A stretch of 64,000 nucleotides of DNA from Camelus dromedarius (Eukaryota). The first letter of the stretch is position 1; every line of letters starts with the position of its first letter. Positions 14,509 through 26,060 of the stretch are shown piece by piece. Made by a program: the position numbers and the translations under genes. The DNA is taken from contig NC_087436.1 of NCBI RefSeq assembly GCF_036321535.1, positions 18,974,001-19,038,000 of the forward strand, in the 5' to 3' direction. The notes under the pieces were generated by a model. The model worked only from the letters and a program-made list of their open reading frames with translations. It was not told the DNA's origin and ran no database searches.

Positions 14509-16859
14509 AAGAAAAAGAGTAAAGCTGAAACACAGAACCATAATAAGCAATAATGAGATATATAGTTTTAGAAAGATAAAGAGGAAATAACGAGACACTG
14601 ACATTTTTGTGTAGGATGGAAATTAACCACTGATTGATTTGTTCCTTTAACAAGTGTTTCTTGAGACCCTATACTGTGTCAGGCATTGTGCCAGACAGAA
14701 CTCTGCTTCATTATGATTAATTTATTAGCAAACTAAAGAACAAATTTTAGTTGATAAGAGCACTGAAGACAGGGAGCCAAGAGGCTTTTACCACAGTCTA
14801 ATGAGAGATAATTAGCAGTGGCAACAGGAATGGAGTTTACTCTAGTTTTTACTATCAGGTTCTTTACTTGCCCATGGTTATTGCATGGCACAATTTTTGA
14901 CTTTTCTATATTAGTTTTAAAAATTCTGACATATGTATTTATGCACATATGATAAGTTGTAGTTTGCTTATAACTTCATGTATACATGATTTATCACCTC
15001 CCATGAGATTGCAAGTTCCCAGTGTATAAATGACTCTGATATTTTACGCATACAATAGACACTTAATAAAATGCATGATAAAAATCCCCAAGTCTACATA
15101 AGATATGTAGAAATTGTCAGAGAACTAACGATCCCATAAAACCATCTACAAGCCAGATATTAGCACAGGTCATCCAGGCTTTTGTCATTCAAGAAAACTG
15201 GGCTCCCACGTCCATCTCACCAGCAGTGGAAGACCTGGCCTCCCTGAGAACTTGAGTGTCCTCATGGGATGGGCTTGGGGTGGGTGAGGAAAGTTGGGAT
15301 TATCCAGGTCTCCTTGGTTCCAAGTCCTGGATCATCTAACTATCCCAGTTGTGTCCTTCTGTTCCACGGCAACAGCACCATGACTCCTTCACTGACCAAA
15401 ATACCAGTAGCAGCCTTGGTGTAGACTTACTGATGGGTTTGAGCCACAGAAAGGGTTTATATTAGAGCAGGCAAATGGTTTTCAATTGGTTACTAAGAAG
15501 TCCTGCTCCTAATAGTCTTTTTGAGCACACGACCCTGTCAATCTCTTTCCAGTCATTTTTCTGTCAGATCCAGCTTCCCAACATGCTGCTCTCTATTTTG
15601 GTTCTCTTTTGTTGTCCTTTTTCTCCATTTTACTCCCATCTCCAATCCTCATTAATTTTGTGAATGAAACAATCCAATTATTTGTTGGTTTGTTACTCTG
15701 TCCTCCAGGCCACCCTTTTGTATGAAAACCTACTTCTCACTCAAGGCTACCATCCATCATGGAATTTTCCTAAACAAACAGAGAAAATCTTGTGTTATCA
15801 GATAATAAATATTCATTCTGCTATGCAAATGGTAACAAAGACCATGTATTCCAGGAGATTCTTTTGTCGGAGGAGGACTTGTATTCCTGTCAGGAAAAAG
15901 GAGGTAAAATTGGGAGAATAAATTGATGCCAATTTATGAAAAAATCATACAGACAGAACTAAAATGTCAGTTATTGAACTGTGTTGAATTCTTGAGTTCA
16001 CTTCCCCATTGAAACAAGAAGTGAAATATTGTTAAAATTTTCTGTCTCTCTTTTTAACAATTTGTCTAAAACTATAAGAAGCGAACCAGATTTACTAGTC
16101 AATTCCACTATGGCAACACTGAAATACCACTTTTAAAAGGGTTGCTGTGCTGAATAAAATGTACATTTATTTCAGTGCCGTTAGAAGTTTAAATTCCAAG
16201 TATTTTGCTATGGATCAACCAAACTTTTGAAAAACTTCTGAAAATTCTAAAATCCTTCTGAGACACAAGATTTTAATATATTAAATGGTTTAAAATAAAC
16301 AAAAGCCATATTCCCTTGACCATCTGTGAGCCAGAAATATATTGGCTGCTCTGAAATCACCGATCAATTAGCTAAGGCGTCAGAGGATTCTAAAGCAAGG
16401 GAAAGCATTCAATTAAGCCAGAAAAGCTCTTTCCTCTGTCTGATGAGTCTTCTGTGGCTGGTTCCCATTGATCCTCCACAAAACCTGAAAAGAGAGCATC
16501 ACACAGTGCCAAACGAGCAGTTCTTCTCTGACCTAGTCATTGGCTTCCAAATATCCTGCTTTGCCTCATGAACAGACAACCCTCAGGCATCTTTCCTATC
16601 TGGGGTTAAATTCAGGCTGTCAGTGGTTGATGGCATGTGACCTCTCTTAATTCACTTCTCTGCACATATACACTACTTTAGCTCAGAATTCTCACTACTT
16701 TGGATAACTTAATAGTCATTCCTTTCTGAGCAAATGGTATGAGTGCCTAGGGAGGGAAATGGCAATTTTAAAAAATAGAGTTTGTTGTATGATTTTTCTG
16801 AATGTGAAAATGATTTATTTTCATTTTGGAAAAATTTGAAAAAGAAAAAAGTAATCATC

Positions 16860-17320
16860 ATACCCAGAAATGATCATTGTTAATATTTTCTTATCTTTTG
16901 CTCTAGTCATACAAATACATTTTAATGTGTATACATTCCATACAAAAGGAATCATACTGTTTTGTATGTCTTTATATAATACATTGAGGTCTTTCCATGT
17001 CTTTGGATATTCTCCTAGAGTATTATTTTCATTGGCTCCATAATATGCACATGAACCATAATTTATTTTAATCAATTCCATACTGTTGCATATTTTGCTT
17101 TTTTCTGTTTACAATTTCAAATCGTACTTCAAAAAATGCATGTGCTTGTGTGTATGTATGAAATTGTACCAATTTCATTGTCGAAAAGATCCCAAGAAGC
17201 ACAATTTCTTCATCAAGAAATATGGTAAAATTTTTTTTTTTACTGTTTTTGATAAATAGTGCTAAATTATTCTCAAGAAATGCTATGCTGCCAGTGGTGG
17301 AGATTGGCCATTTTTTAGGT
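16860..17320 (-). mobile_element. Old L1 (L1ME-like) 3' fragment
   Basis: AAAGGAATCATACTG...ACCATAATTTATTTTAATCAATTCC is typical of antisense L1ME 3' ends. Confidence 0.55.
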
Positions 17321-17388
17321 GGTCATTTTGATTGATATTGTTTACTTTAACCTTATTTATCATGTTTATGCTTTTTCTAGAAACCAGT

Positions 17389-17863
17389 TTATATTAGTTT
17401 TCTGCTACTACCATGACAAATTTAAGTGGCTTAAAAAACCCTCACTCATCTTAAGTTCTGAAGGTCAGAAGTTTGAAATGATCTCATGGGGCTAAAACCT
17501 AAATGAAGGTTTCAGCAGAATTCTGGGGGAGAATCAATTTTCTTGCATTTTCTGGCTTCTAGAGGCTGCTGGCATTCCTTGGCTAGTGGCGCCATTCCAT
17601 CTTTAAATCCAGCAAGGGCTGTTTGAGCCTTTCTCCCAACATCATCTCTGTGGTTCTGATTCTTCTTCCTCTCTGCTCCCCTTTTATGAACTCTTGGGGT
17701 ATCATTAACCCACCTGGATAATCCAGAATAATCTCGCCAGTTGATTATCAACCTTAGTTCCATCTGCAACCTTAATTTCCCCTTGCCATGTAACATGACA
17801 CATTCACAGGTTCTGGGGGTAGGACTTGGATAACTTTGGGTGTTTGTTATTCTGCCTACCACA
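17389..17863 (-). mobile_element. MLT1D-like solo LTR
   Basis: Ends TTATTCTGCCTACCACA, the reverse complement of the TGTGGTAGGCAGAATAA start. Internal CTTCTAGAGGCTGCTGGCATTCCTTGGCT. Confidence 0.85.
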
Positions 17864-17994
17864 CATTTCATTTCTTACAAGAAAAAATACAATATAGCAA
17901 AGAATTTTTAATGAATTGGTATATGCAATTTGAATTCTACATTCACATTACTTATGAGCAGATACATGTATATATATGTGCCATTTTATGTATA

Positions 17995-18478
17995 CAGATG
18001 ATCCCCAACTTAGATGGTTCAACTTAATGTTTTTTTTGACTTCGTGATGGTGTGAAAGCAATATGTGTTTAGTAGAATCTGTACTTCAAATTTTGAATTT
18101 TGATCTTTTTTCGGGCTAGTGATATATGGTAGGGTACTCTCTCATGATGCTGGGTTGTGGCAGCCACAGCTCCCTGTCAGCTGTGCAAATCATGGGGGCA
18201 AATAACTGGTAGACCAACAACAAGCTTGTGTTTCGCTGTCAGCACAGTATTCAATAAAATACATGAGATGTTCAACACTTTATTGTGAAATAGGCTTTGA
18301 GTTAGATGATTTTGCCCAACGGTACGCTAATTAATGTAAGTGTTCTGGGCACTTTAAGGTAGACTGGGCTAAATTATGATGTTCAGTAGATTAAGCATAT
18401 TAAATGCATTTTCAACTTACAATATTTTCAACTTATAATAATGGGTTGATCACCCCATCCTAAGTCGAGGAAGATCTG
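17995..18478 (-). mobile_element. Tigger5/MER47-like non-autonomous DNA transposon (TcMar)
   Basis: Terminal inverted repeats CAGATGATCCCCAACTTA and TAAGTCGAGGAAGATCTG (14/18 match), flanked by TA at 17993-94 and 18479-80. Confidence 0.88.
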
Positions 18479-20334
18479 TATTGTAGTTCTAAATGTATGA
18501 TTAAAGAAAAAATCCTTAAGCCTCCCTCTGTATAATTTCTCCATAAAAAATGAGACTTGATACCAGCTCTATCAGTTTCACTTGGATACCTTTTTATTTT
18601 GATTAGCAGCAATGATAGGTGAGCTTTAAAAAGGAAATCTGGAGAAATCATGATCTTGGAAAGAAATTGCCACATTGGTATATTTCATACTCCAGCACTA
18701 AAAAGATGATGTTTTGGTTGTACTTTCCTGGCTTTTCTCTCTGTCTTTGATGCCTTCCAGGATCTCAGAGTACCTTCATTACTTTTGGCATTGCTTTTTG
18801 GTAAGGGATGAAACAGGTTACAGACAAACCAGTACATTGAATTTTGCAGTAGTCCCCTCTGATAGAAATGCATTCAGATCCAAAGGTTTAGAAGACGTAT
18901 TGCTTCTTTTGTGACTGTAAGTAATCCAAAAGTAGCTGTGTCACTTTCTATGCACAGGATACATGTCACAGAGATCAGCCCGACTATTCTGCTGAAGAAT
19001 ACTGAGACCCAAGTAGGGTACCAACAAGAACCAGCCCAAATTAATTGAGTGTGAGGAGTCACCCTGTAATAAGGTTGAAAGCAAAGTGATTAGAAATATT
19101 GTTTCCTTTAGAGTACACTTGAAAGGATGAGCAGGAAGGGGGGAAAGGCCAACCACCATGACTTAACTCCATCAAGAAACACTCCAACGCGCAAGAGAGC
19201 AGCCCGGACACTGTTTTAGCACCTCTGGTTGTCAGAACACAGTTGGATGTAATGTCAACATCAAGGAACTGACTGAATAAAGCTAACTGGTATGAAAAGA
19301 AATCCACCCCACTCCTTCTGAAGAAGCTTCTAAATACCAGTTGTCTAAACCTATTGATAAACACAGATGCATTATTAATGAAGCCCGCAGCCTGCCTGGT
19401 GCTACTCAGATGGTTCAAGCATTTAGTAGGAAACATTTCTGTGAAGTTCTGCACAAAATAATGACAGTGTCTGTCTTAAATCGAAACAAATGGCTGTTGC
19501 AGGCTCTGGGGAGGCTGGGAGGAAGCAGCTGCTTTCCAGAGAAAGACGGAGGGGCACCACCTGCTGAAGACAGGCGGGCAGGCAGTGGTCCACTGAATAT
19601 TGACTGCTCAATAATGCAGGATAACAGAAACCCCTGGCTCTTCAAACATGGCACTGCCCCTTCATCGCGGGCTTTTCATCACTCTAATGAGCTACTTGAA
19701 GAATCAGATGCTCAAATGTCTTCTAGCAGTTCTCCAAGGACTAGGACTCAAAGTGCCACAAAGAAAAGTTCTCTTATACAGCTAAAGGGTCCATTTTCTT
19801 ACTTGATCTCTCTCTTCCTTTCTCTTCCTTCTTCCTCCCTCTTGCCCCTTCCTTTCTTTTCATTTGTATTTCTTCCATCCTTCCATTGACATTGTAAGAA
19901 TGCCAGGTGAAATATTAAGTGCGAGAAAATCTTTAGAATCACTTTGCTCCATAAGCTTCTGATGCATTAAATGATCAAGAAGAGCTAATGGGTGGTCTGA
20001 TTAGGTTCCTATGAAAATTGTTTGGAGCAGATTGTGTGTTCAAGGGGGCTTTTCTTTCCCTCTGGGATGTCCGTAGCTGTCCATAGCCAAGCTGGCAGAT
20101 GAACCCAACCTTCCTACCATGTCACACAGAGGGAGATGAACTCTTGGGCTCAGCAGAATGACTCCAGCCAACTGGGCTGCCTAGGTCGTCTCATATGAAG
20201 ACTGATTCTCATGACTCATACAGATCATAACAAGAGGGGATCTAGGGTTTACTTGGTCACACACAAGGAAAATATTGGCAAAGTGATGTTTTTATTTATT
20301 CGTTGAATAATAATTTTCTTGGTGTTTTTTCCCA

Positions 20335-20760
20335 TTTGTTTAACAAGGATTTATTGAACCCTACAATGCATGAGGCATGGGATGAGGTTCTGGGAAAAAA
20401 ACAGCAATCAAAGCCAACCTCTTCTCTTACAGGATTTATACTCTCTTTAGGAATATAGTAATAAACTAATAAACAAATGTATAAAGGCAGCAATAACCAA
20501 CTGTATTGAGTGCTTTGGAGGATACATCAGGGTGTCACGGAGAGAATAACAGGGTTGGGGAAGGAGGTTACAGGCTATTGTGAGGACCATCTTGTTGAGG
20601 AGGTAGTGTTATACCTGAGCCCTGAAAGGAGGCAGCCATTGAAGAAATCAGATGACGAACTTTCCATGGAGAAGGAAAACAGTTGTCAGAGTTCTACAGG
20701 CCCTCCCAGGAAGCTGTTGTGTTTGGAGCAGAGCAAATGAGCAGGAGAGGGCATGGGATA
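20335..20760 (-). mobile_element. L2 LINE 3' fragment
   Basis: AACAAGGATTTATTGAACCCTACAATG... and GAGGAGGTAGTGTTATACCTGAGCCCTGAAAGG are typical of antisense L2. Confidence 0.6.
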
Positions 20761-20799
20761 ATGTTGAAAATATGTATCTTCAGGTATATAAGTCATTTC

Positions 20800-21352
20800 A
20801 GCATCATTTCAGTATGCAGCTTTCCCAATGTCCACACTCCCTCCTTCCTTACTAACAAAGTAACATGCCTAGATAAAAGATAACATTTCCTGGCTTCTTT
20901 TGGTAAGGGTGGTGAGGCAGAAGGTAGAAGCAGATGATATTAAGACCTTGGGTAGGATTTCTGGGAAATCTCTTTAAGGAAATTGATTCAGCTGGGAAAC
21001 ATGACCTTTTGGCCTTCCTCCCCTTCCTTCTTCCTGGAATTTTCTTCCTGGAATTTGGTTGTTAAGCTGGAGCTCCAGCAGCTATGTTGGGCCTTGTGTT
21101 AGTCTTAAGAATAAAAGCCGTGACCAATAATAGTGGGGCACAAACTAGAAGAGGTAGAGTCCCTATTGACTAGGGCATCTCCATATTAGCCTGAGTGCCT
21201 AACCCCTGTTTCCATTAAAAAAATAAAACAACAACAAACAACAAAAACAAACACAAAAACCACCACCACCACAAAAAGCCTCTATCTTATTCCAGCCAAT
21301 TCAATTTATACTGAATTGTTATATGCAGAGGAGCATAATTCTTTCAGAAACA
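20800..21352 (+). mobile_element. MLT1J-like solo LTR relic
   Basis: GCTGGAGCTCCAGCAGCTATGTTG internal motif and a GTTATATGCAG... 3' end. Confidence 0.6.
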
Positions 21353-22329
21353 CCATACCTGGTGTTATTTTAGATTCTACCTTTTGGATTCAAATACTAG
21401 TTACTGAAAGATTGAATATGAAATAGTTTACTAGGAAAGGATACATAGCTAGGATTTTTAAAAAATAGAGGTATTTTGAGAAGAATCTTCTCAGTACTAA
21501 TAATGTTCTTTGAAAATTATTTTCAGAGATGTTTCATATATATATTCCTTCATCCTTTTAACATTTGAAATGAAAGAACTTAAAAGATCTTACAAGGAGA
21601 GAAGGGAAAACCTCAAAAATGTCCAACAAGCCAAGAGGGACTTTGTCAATTACAAATTCTGAATCTTCTGAGTTTAATGTATTATTACTTGTTAGAACTA
21701 TCCTTTTGAGCAGGAATAAAGTAGGTCATCTAGTCATATTTACCTTTTACCAAAATCATTCCAAAAACTAGCTGTATAATTTTTTTTGAAAATTAATGGG
21801 TTTTCTTGTCTGTCTAATATTTTGTTAATATTAATCACCATATTTCCTCTTAGGATTTATAAATCCATGTTGTTGTAAATGAGGTATCATCATGTTTCCC
21901 TTCCTATGATACATCATTCACATTAGCAGTGGCTGTTGACAATCTTTGGTTTCCCATTTTTACTTAGAGAAAAGTAAAAAATGTAAAGGAGGAAACAATT
22001 ATTCTCCATAAGTTGCCATTATTTGTCAAATGGGCATTTGCCTTACTTTACAATTAATTTGATTATTGTTAAAGTCTAAAATAGCAAAGATTTTAGCTAT
22101 TTTAATGAAAATTCGGATAGAGAAAACCATTGACTTCTTTACCAGATCGGTTTAATAAGTGAAAATGCCCTTTGTCTATTAAGTTATACAATTTATTTGC
22201 TAAAAGGATGTGAAGGAAGGTATCAAATAAATGTTGTTTAAAAATCAGAAAACTCATACCCCAAACAATCAGAAGTGTGGTTATAAAGGTGACAGACTTG
22301 TATACAACAGACTTGGTTCAAACTGAGAT

Positions 22330-22560
22330 GGAATTAATACTATGAATAAAGTGGTGCTGAAACTCAAGGAGAAATTAATTCTGAATATGGGAGTCAAGGA
22401 AGGCTTCTGAGATGAGATGGCATTTGAGTAGGGTCTCGAAAGACAAGAAAGATTTTGAAAGTCTGCAGATTGTGAGGAAGCGATCCAGGCAGAGAGAAAC
22501 ATATTAGCAAAGCCTGATGGGGTGGAAATACTTAGTAAATTTCGGAGAACAAGAAAGGTT
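22330..22560 (-). mobile_element. L2 fragment
   Basis: GGGAGTCAAGGAAGGCTTCTGAGATGAGATGGCATTTGAG is an antisense L2 motif. Confidence 0.6.
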
Positions 22561-22811
22561 AGATTCTTGGAGGCAAGAGATAAGGGAATGGATGTGGTTT
22601 GGGACTTAGCATGACTCTAGTTCTTTAAAGCCACACCTGAAATATGATGCAGAAACAAAACAAACAAATGCCAAAGCGAGTGAATTAGGGAGGAAAGAAT
22701 GAAAGGGGAAATAGGGTGCTAGGAGAGAGACAAAGTTGAGCCCTGCTCAGGCAGGCTGCCAGGCACTTTGGGTAGCAGTGAAATAACAAAGATGAAGGAT
22801 TTGTTGCACTT

Positions 22812-23069
22812 TAAAAAAATAATAATTCTTATTGTTTATTAAAGTGTAGTCATTTACATTGTTAGTTTCAGGTGTACAGCAAAGTGATTCAGTTATAAAT
22901 ATACATACATATATATGCACATTTTTTTCAGATTCTTTTCCATTACAGGTTATTACAAGATATTGAATATAGTTTCCTGTGCTATACAGTAGGTTATTAT
23001 TGTTCATCTATTATATATAGTAGTATTATATATATATAGTGTGTATCTATTAATCCCAAACTCCCAGTT
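22812..23069 (-). mobile_element. 5'-truncated L1 3'UTR
   Basis: Reverse complement of 14280-14485-type sequence. Short TSD TTGCACTT at 22804-11 and 23070-77. Confidence 0.88.
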
Positions 23070-25841
23070 TTGCACTTGATTTGGTGAAATGATGATCTGA
23101 TCAATCCCCAAAAGAGAAGTAAAGGAGCCTTATTGTTTGAGTGCCATGACATCACCTATGTGGTTGATTTTTGGCTTAAACCTATCTTTAAATAGTTTAC
23201 ATAGTATCAGCTCATGCACTGACAGATTTTTTAAAACATTCAAGAAGCTATATATATATATATGACACATACACACACACACACAGACATATATTTTGTT
23301 TTCAAATTTCAAAACAAAAGTTTTCAGAGCTCAAGTGAAGAAGGTCAGTAATATTTTTCTCGACTACTTCTGTTCCACCACATAGAAAGAAGAATTCCTT
23401 TTGAAAGATGTATTTTTAAGTGTCTTTCAAAGACGTTTGGATTTGGGCTCCTGGTGGTGCCCAGGAAGTGAAATGAACCATAAATGAGACACATCAAAAG
23501 TAACTTACAAAGAACTTTTTTAATATTAAAGTGATGAATCAGAGCTCAAATTAACAAGTAAAGGAGTCCGCCTATAATGAAAATCTTTTTCCAACATAAC
23601 ACTTCATTATAAAGGGAGTTTTTCTATAATAGAAGCAAGTGTAATTACATTTTTATATATAATTAGGACATTATTATCATTTCACCATATCAAAGTTCAT
23701 TATAAGACATCTCCGATACATTTTTCATAGAGCAAAAATAAAAAGAGAACAGGAGTCCTTCAATTAGACTCATATAAGGACATCCACAGAGACTGAAGGA
23801 AGTTGATCAAACAGCTTACTTAGCCCAAAAGGGACCAGGTAGAACCCACGTTGCTTTTTTGACACAGAAGTTGCTTTTTTTTGGCTGCCTTTATATTTTC
23901 TAATTATAGTTTTTCACCCAGTGGGTATTCAACCATGAGAAATTAAAGGTGCAACATTCCCAGCTGGAACCCAACTTTCCCCAACATTTCAAGCTGCTAT
24001 ATCACAGCTCCCCAGTGTTTATTCACGTCTAACGCAAACAACCCTCAAACAGGCGGCAATCTACAAACTGTTCGGTTTCAACGGTTTTATCAAAATAATG
24101 AACTTTCCCTTCTTCCCTTGCCCCCATCGCCTTGTAATACCTTTGGAAGATAATTAAAGTTGCTTCTAAAAATTTTTCAAAGTTACATGTTTAAGAACAG
24201 ATTATATAACAGAAATATCTAGTTGAGCATGAAAAGTGTGTCATGGGCCAGGATTTGTAAGTGTGTGGACAGGTAGATTGTGACTTGTAGAAATTAGCAT
24301 ATTAACACGTTAAAAGTTAATTAAAACCAAATGCATTTTTTATGCGAGGTTGTTTGTGGTGCAGATGAAATGAAAGTAGCATGATTTGGGGAACTGACTC
24401 TTAGTATTCCGACTTCAGAATTTCTTCTTTTCAGCTTATTTAAGACCACTCACTGAGCAATGCCCCCGTGAATTTATCATTTATATTCAGCTTGATTTTA
24501 AGATCTTCAGCCCCTGCTCTGCATGCAGGATGTGAGGGATGTGCCAGAGAAAGATTTCTTTCTGACCCTCGTAATTAGAATTTGGAAGGTCAGCAATGGG
24601 AGTGGTAAAGACCTTTTGCTATATAGAGACATGGGAACTGAGACACACAAAACTCCATCCTTGCCCTAGAAATGGACTTCCATGACTCCATGGCCAGGGA
24701 CCTTTCTGCTCCTCCACATTCCAATGGCATTTGTCATGCTTGCCGACAACTGTCAGTCTCAAAAAAGATTAAAAAAAAAATTAAATTGTGATCTCTACTG
24801 CACTAAGTAACATATCTTTATTTTAGAGATCTTGTGTGTGTGTGTGTCTGTGTGTGTGTGTGTAGGATACCATTTCAAACTTCCCACCTGTTTTTTAGAT
24901 AGCAATTTGGTAAGAATCGATGTATATATACACAAACAAAAGACATTTATGCTATCTCCAAAACTAGTGATTCAGAAGATACTTCCAGAGTTCCAGGCTT
25001 GTAATTCTAAATACCAGTTATTATTATTATTAAACTATTAACAGAAATATCACAGTTAATTGGATTTTCTGGTTAATAGAATTTAAATAAATAGAAGATT
25101 TACATATGACAATTTTACCAGGGCTCTATTGATGGTTTAATTCTTTGGTTTTCATTCTTCTAGGTGAATACTATTTCTTATAATGTCCCCATAGATTGCA
25201 TGTCAAAATAGTAAAGAAGACTCTAAAAATCGGGTCATTTATGGAAGAGATGGAGTTGAAATAATGCTTTTATTACTTAAATCTAATCACACCACTTCTC
25301 AAAATAAGCAGTAAGTCATAGATATCACAATTATAACTCGCTAGACCATTCACTTACATAGCTGTAAGAATAGTTGCTCAGATAGTGTGAATCCTGTTAA
25401 CAACTAACTTATCTCTCTAATTTCTTAACCAAATAGAGTGATCAGTAACTTCTTACTGTATTCATGTGCCTGCCTGTAATCTCACCACATACACGACTGT
25501 ATCATCATTGTCTTGCGGGTTAAATCTTTATCAGAAGTACCTGCCAGAATTTTGGGACTCAGGCAGGACTTCTGCTGATTCCTTTTGCATGTTTATGAGA
25601 TTTGGTTATAAATATTAGAATTTTCTATAAGAAATTATTTCTTAGAACCAGGCTCTTCTTTCTCTATCCTACTAAAATGCTAAATGTTCAGATGTTAATA
25701 AAATTAAAATGATAGTCTCTGTTAGTGATTTTTTTAAAAAATATTTAAGAGATTTTATTCTAATAGCTGTAATTACAGGGCATGTTTGTCAGTCTGTTAG
25801 TGATTCTTAATGTGAGGGGGGAAAATCTGTTAAAATGCTTT

Positions 25842-26060
25842 CAAGATTTGCAGATACTACTATATATAAAATAGATAAACAACAAGTTTCTACTGTATAG
25901 CACAGGGAATGATATTCAATATCTTGTAGTAACATAGAATGGAAAAGAATATGAAAAAGCATATATGTATGTGTATGTGTGACGGAAACGTTATGCTGTA
26001 CACCAGAAATTGACACGACATTGTAAACTGCCTATACTTCAATTTTAGAAAGAAGCTAAA
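25842..26060 (+). mobile_element. 5'-truncated L1 3'UTR
   Basis: ACTGTATAGCACAGGGAA...TTGTAAACTGCCTATACTTCAAT. TSD AAAATGCTTT (25832-41) / AAAATACTTT (26061-70). Confidence 0.88.

Noticed and set aside
19059..19889. 182-aa and 131-aa ORFs as a host gene
   Set aside because: Non-ATG starts, no recognisable domain, a low-complexity pyrimidine tail on the 182-aa ORF and no convincing exon structure.
25718..25805. 13-bp direct repeat TCTGTTAGTGATT 75 bp apart; similar short pairs at ~23850 and ~54094
   Set aside because: Only two copies each and no array. Consistent with chance or local slippage.
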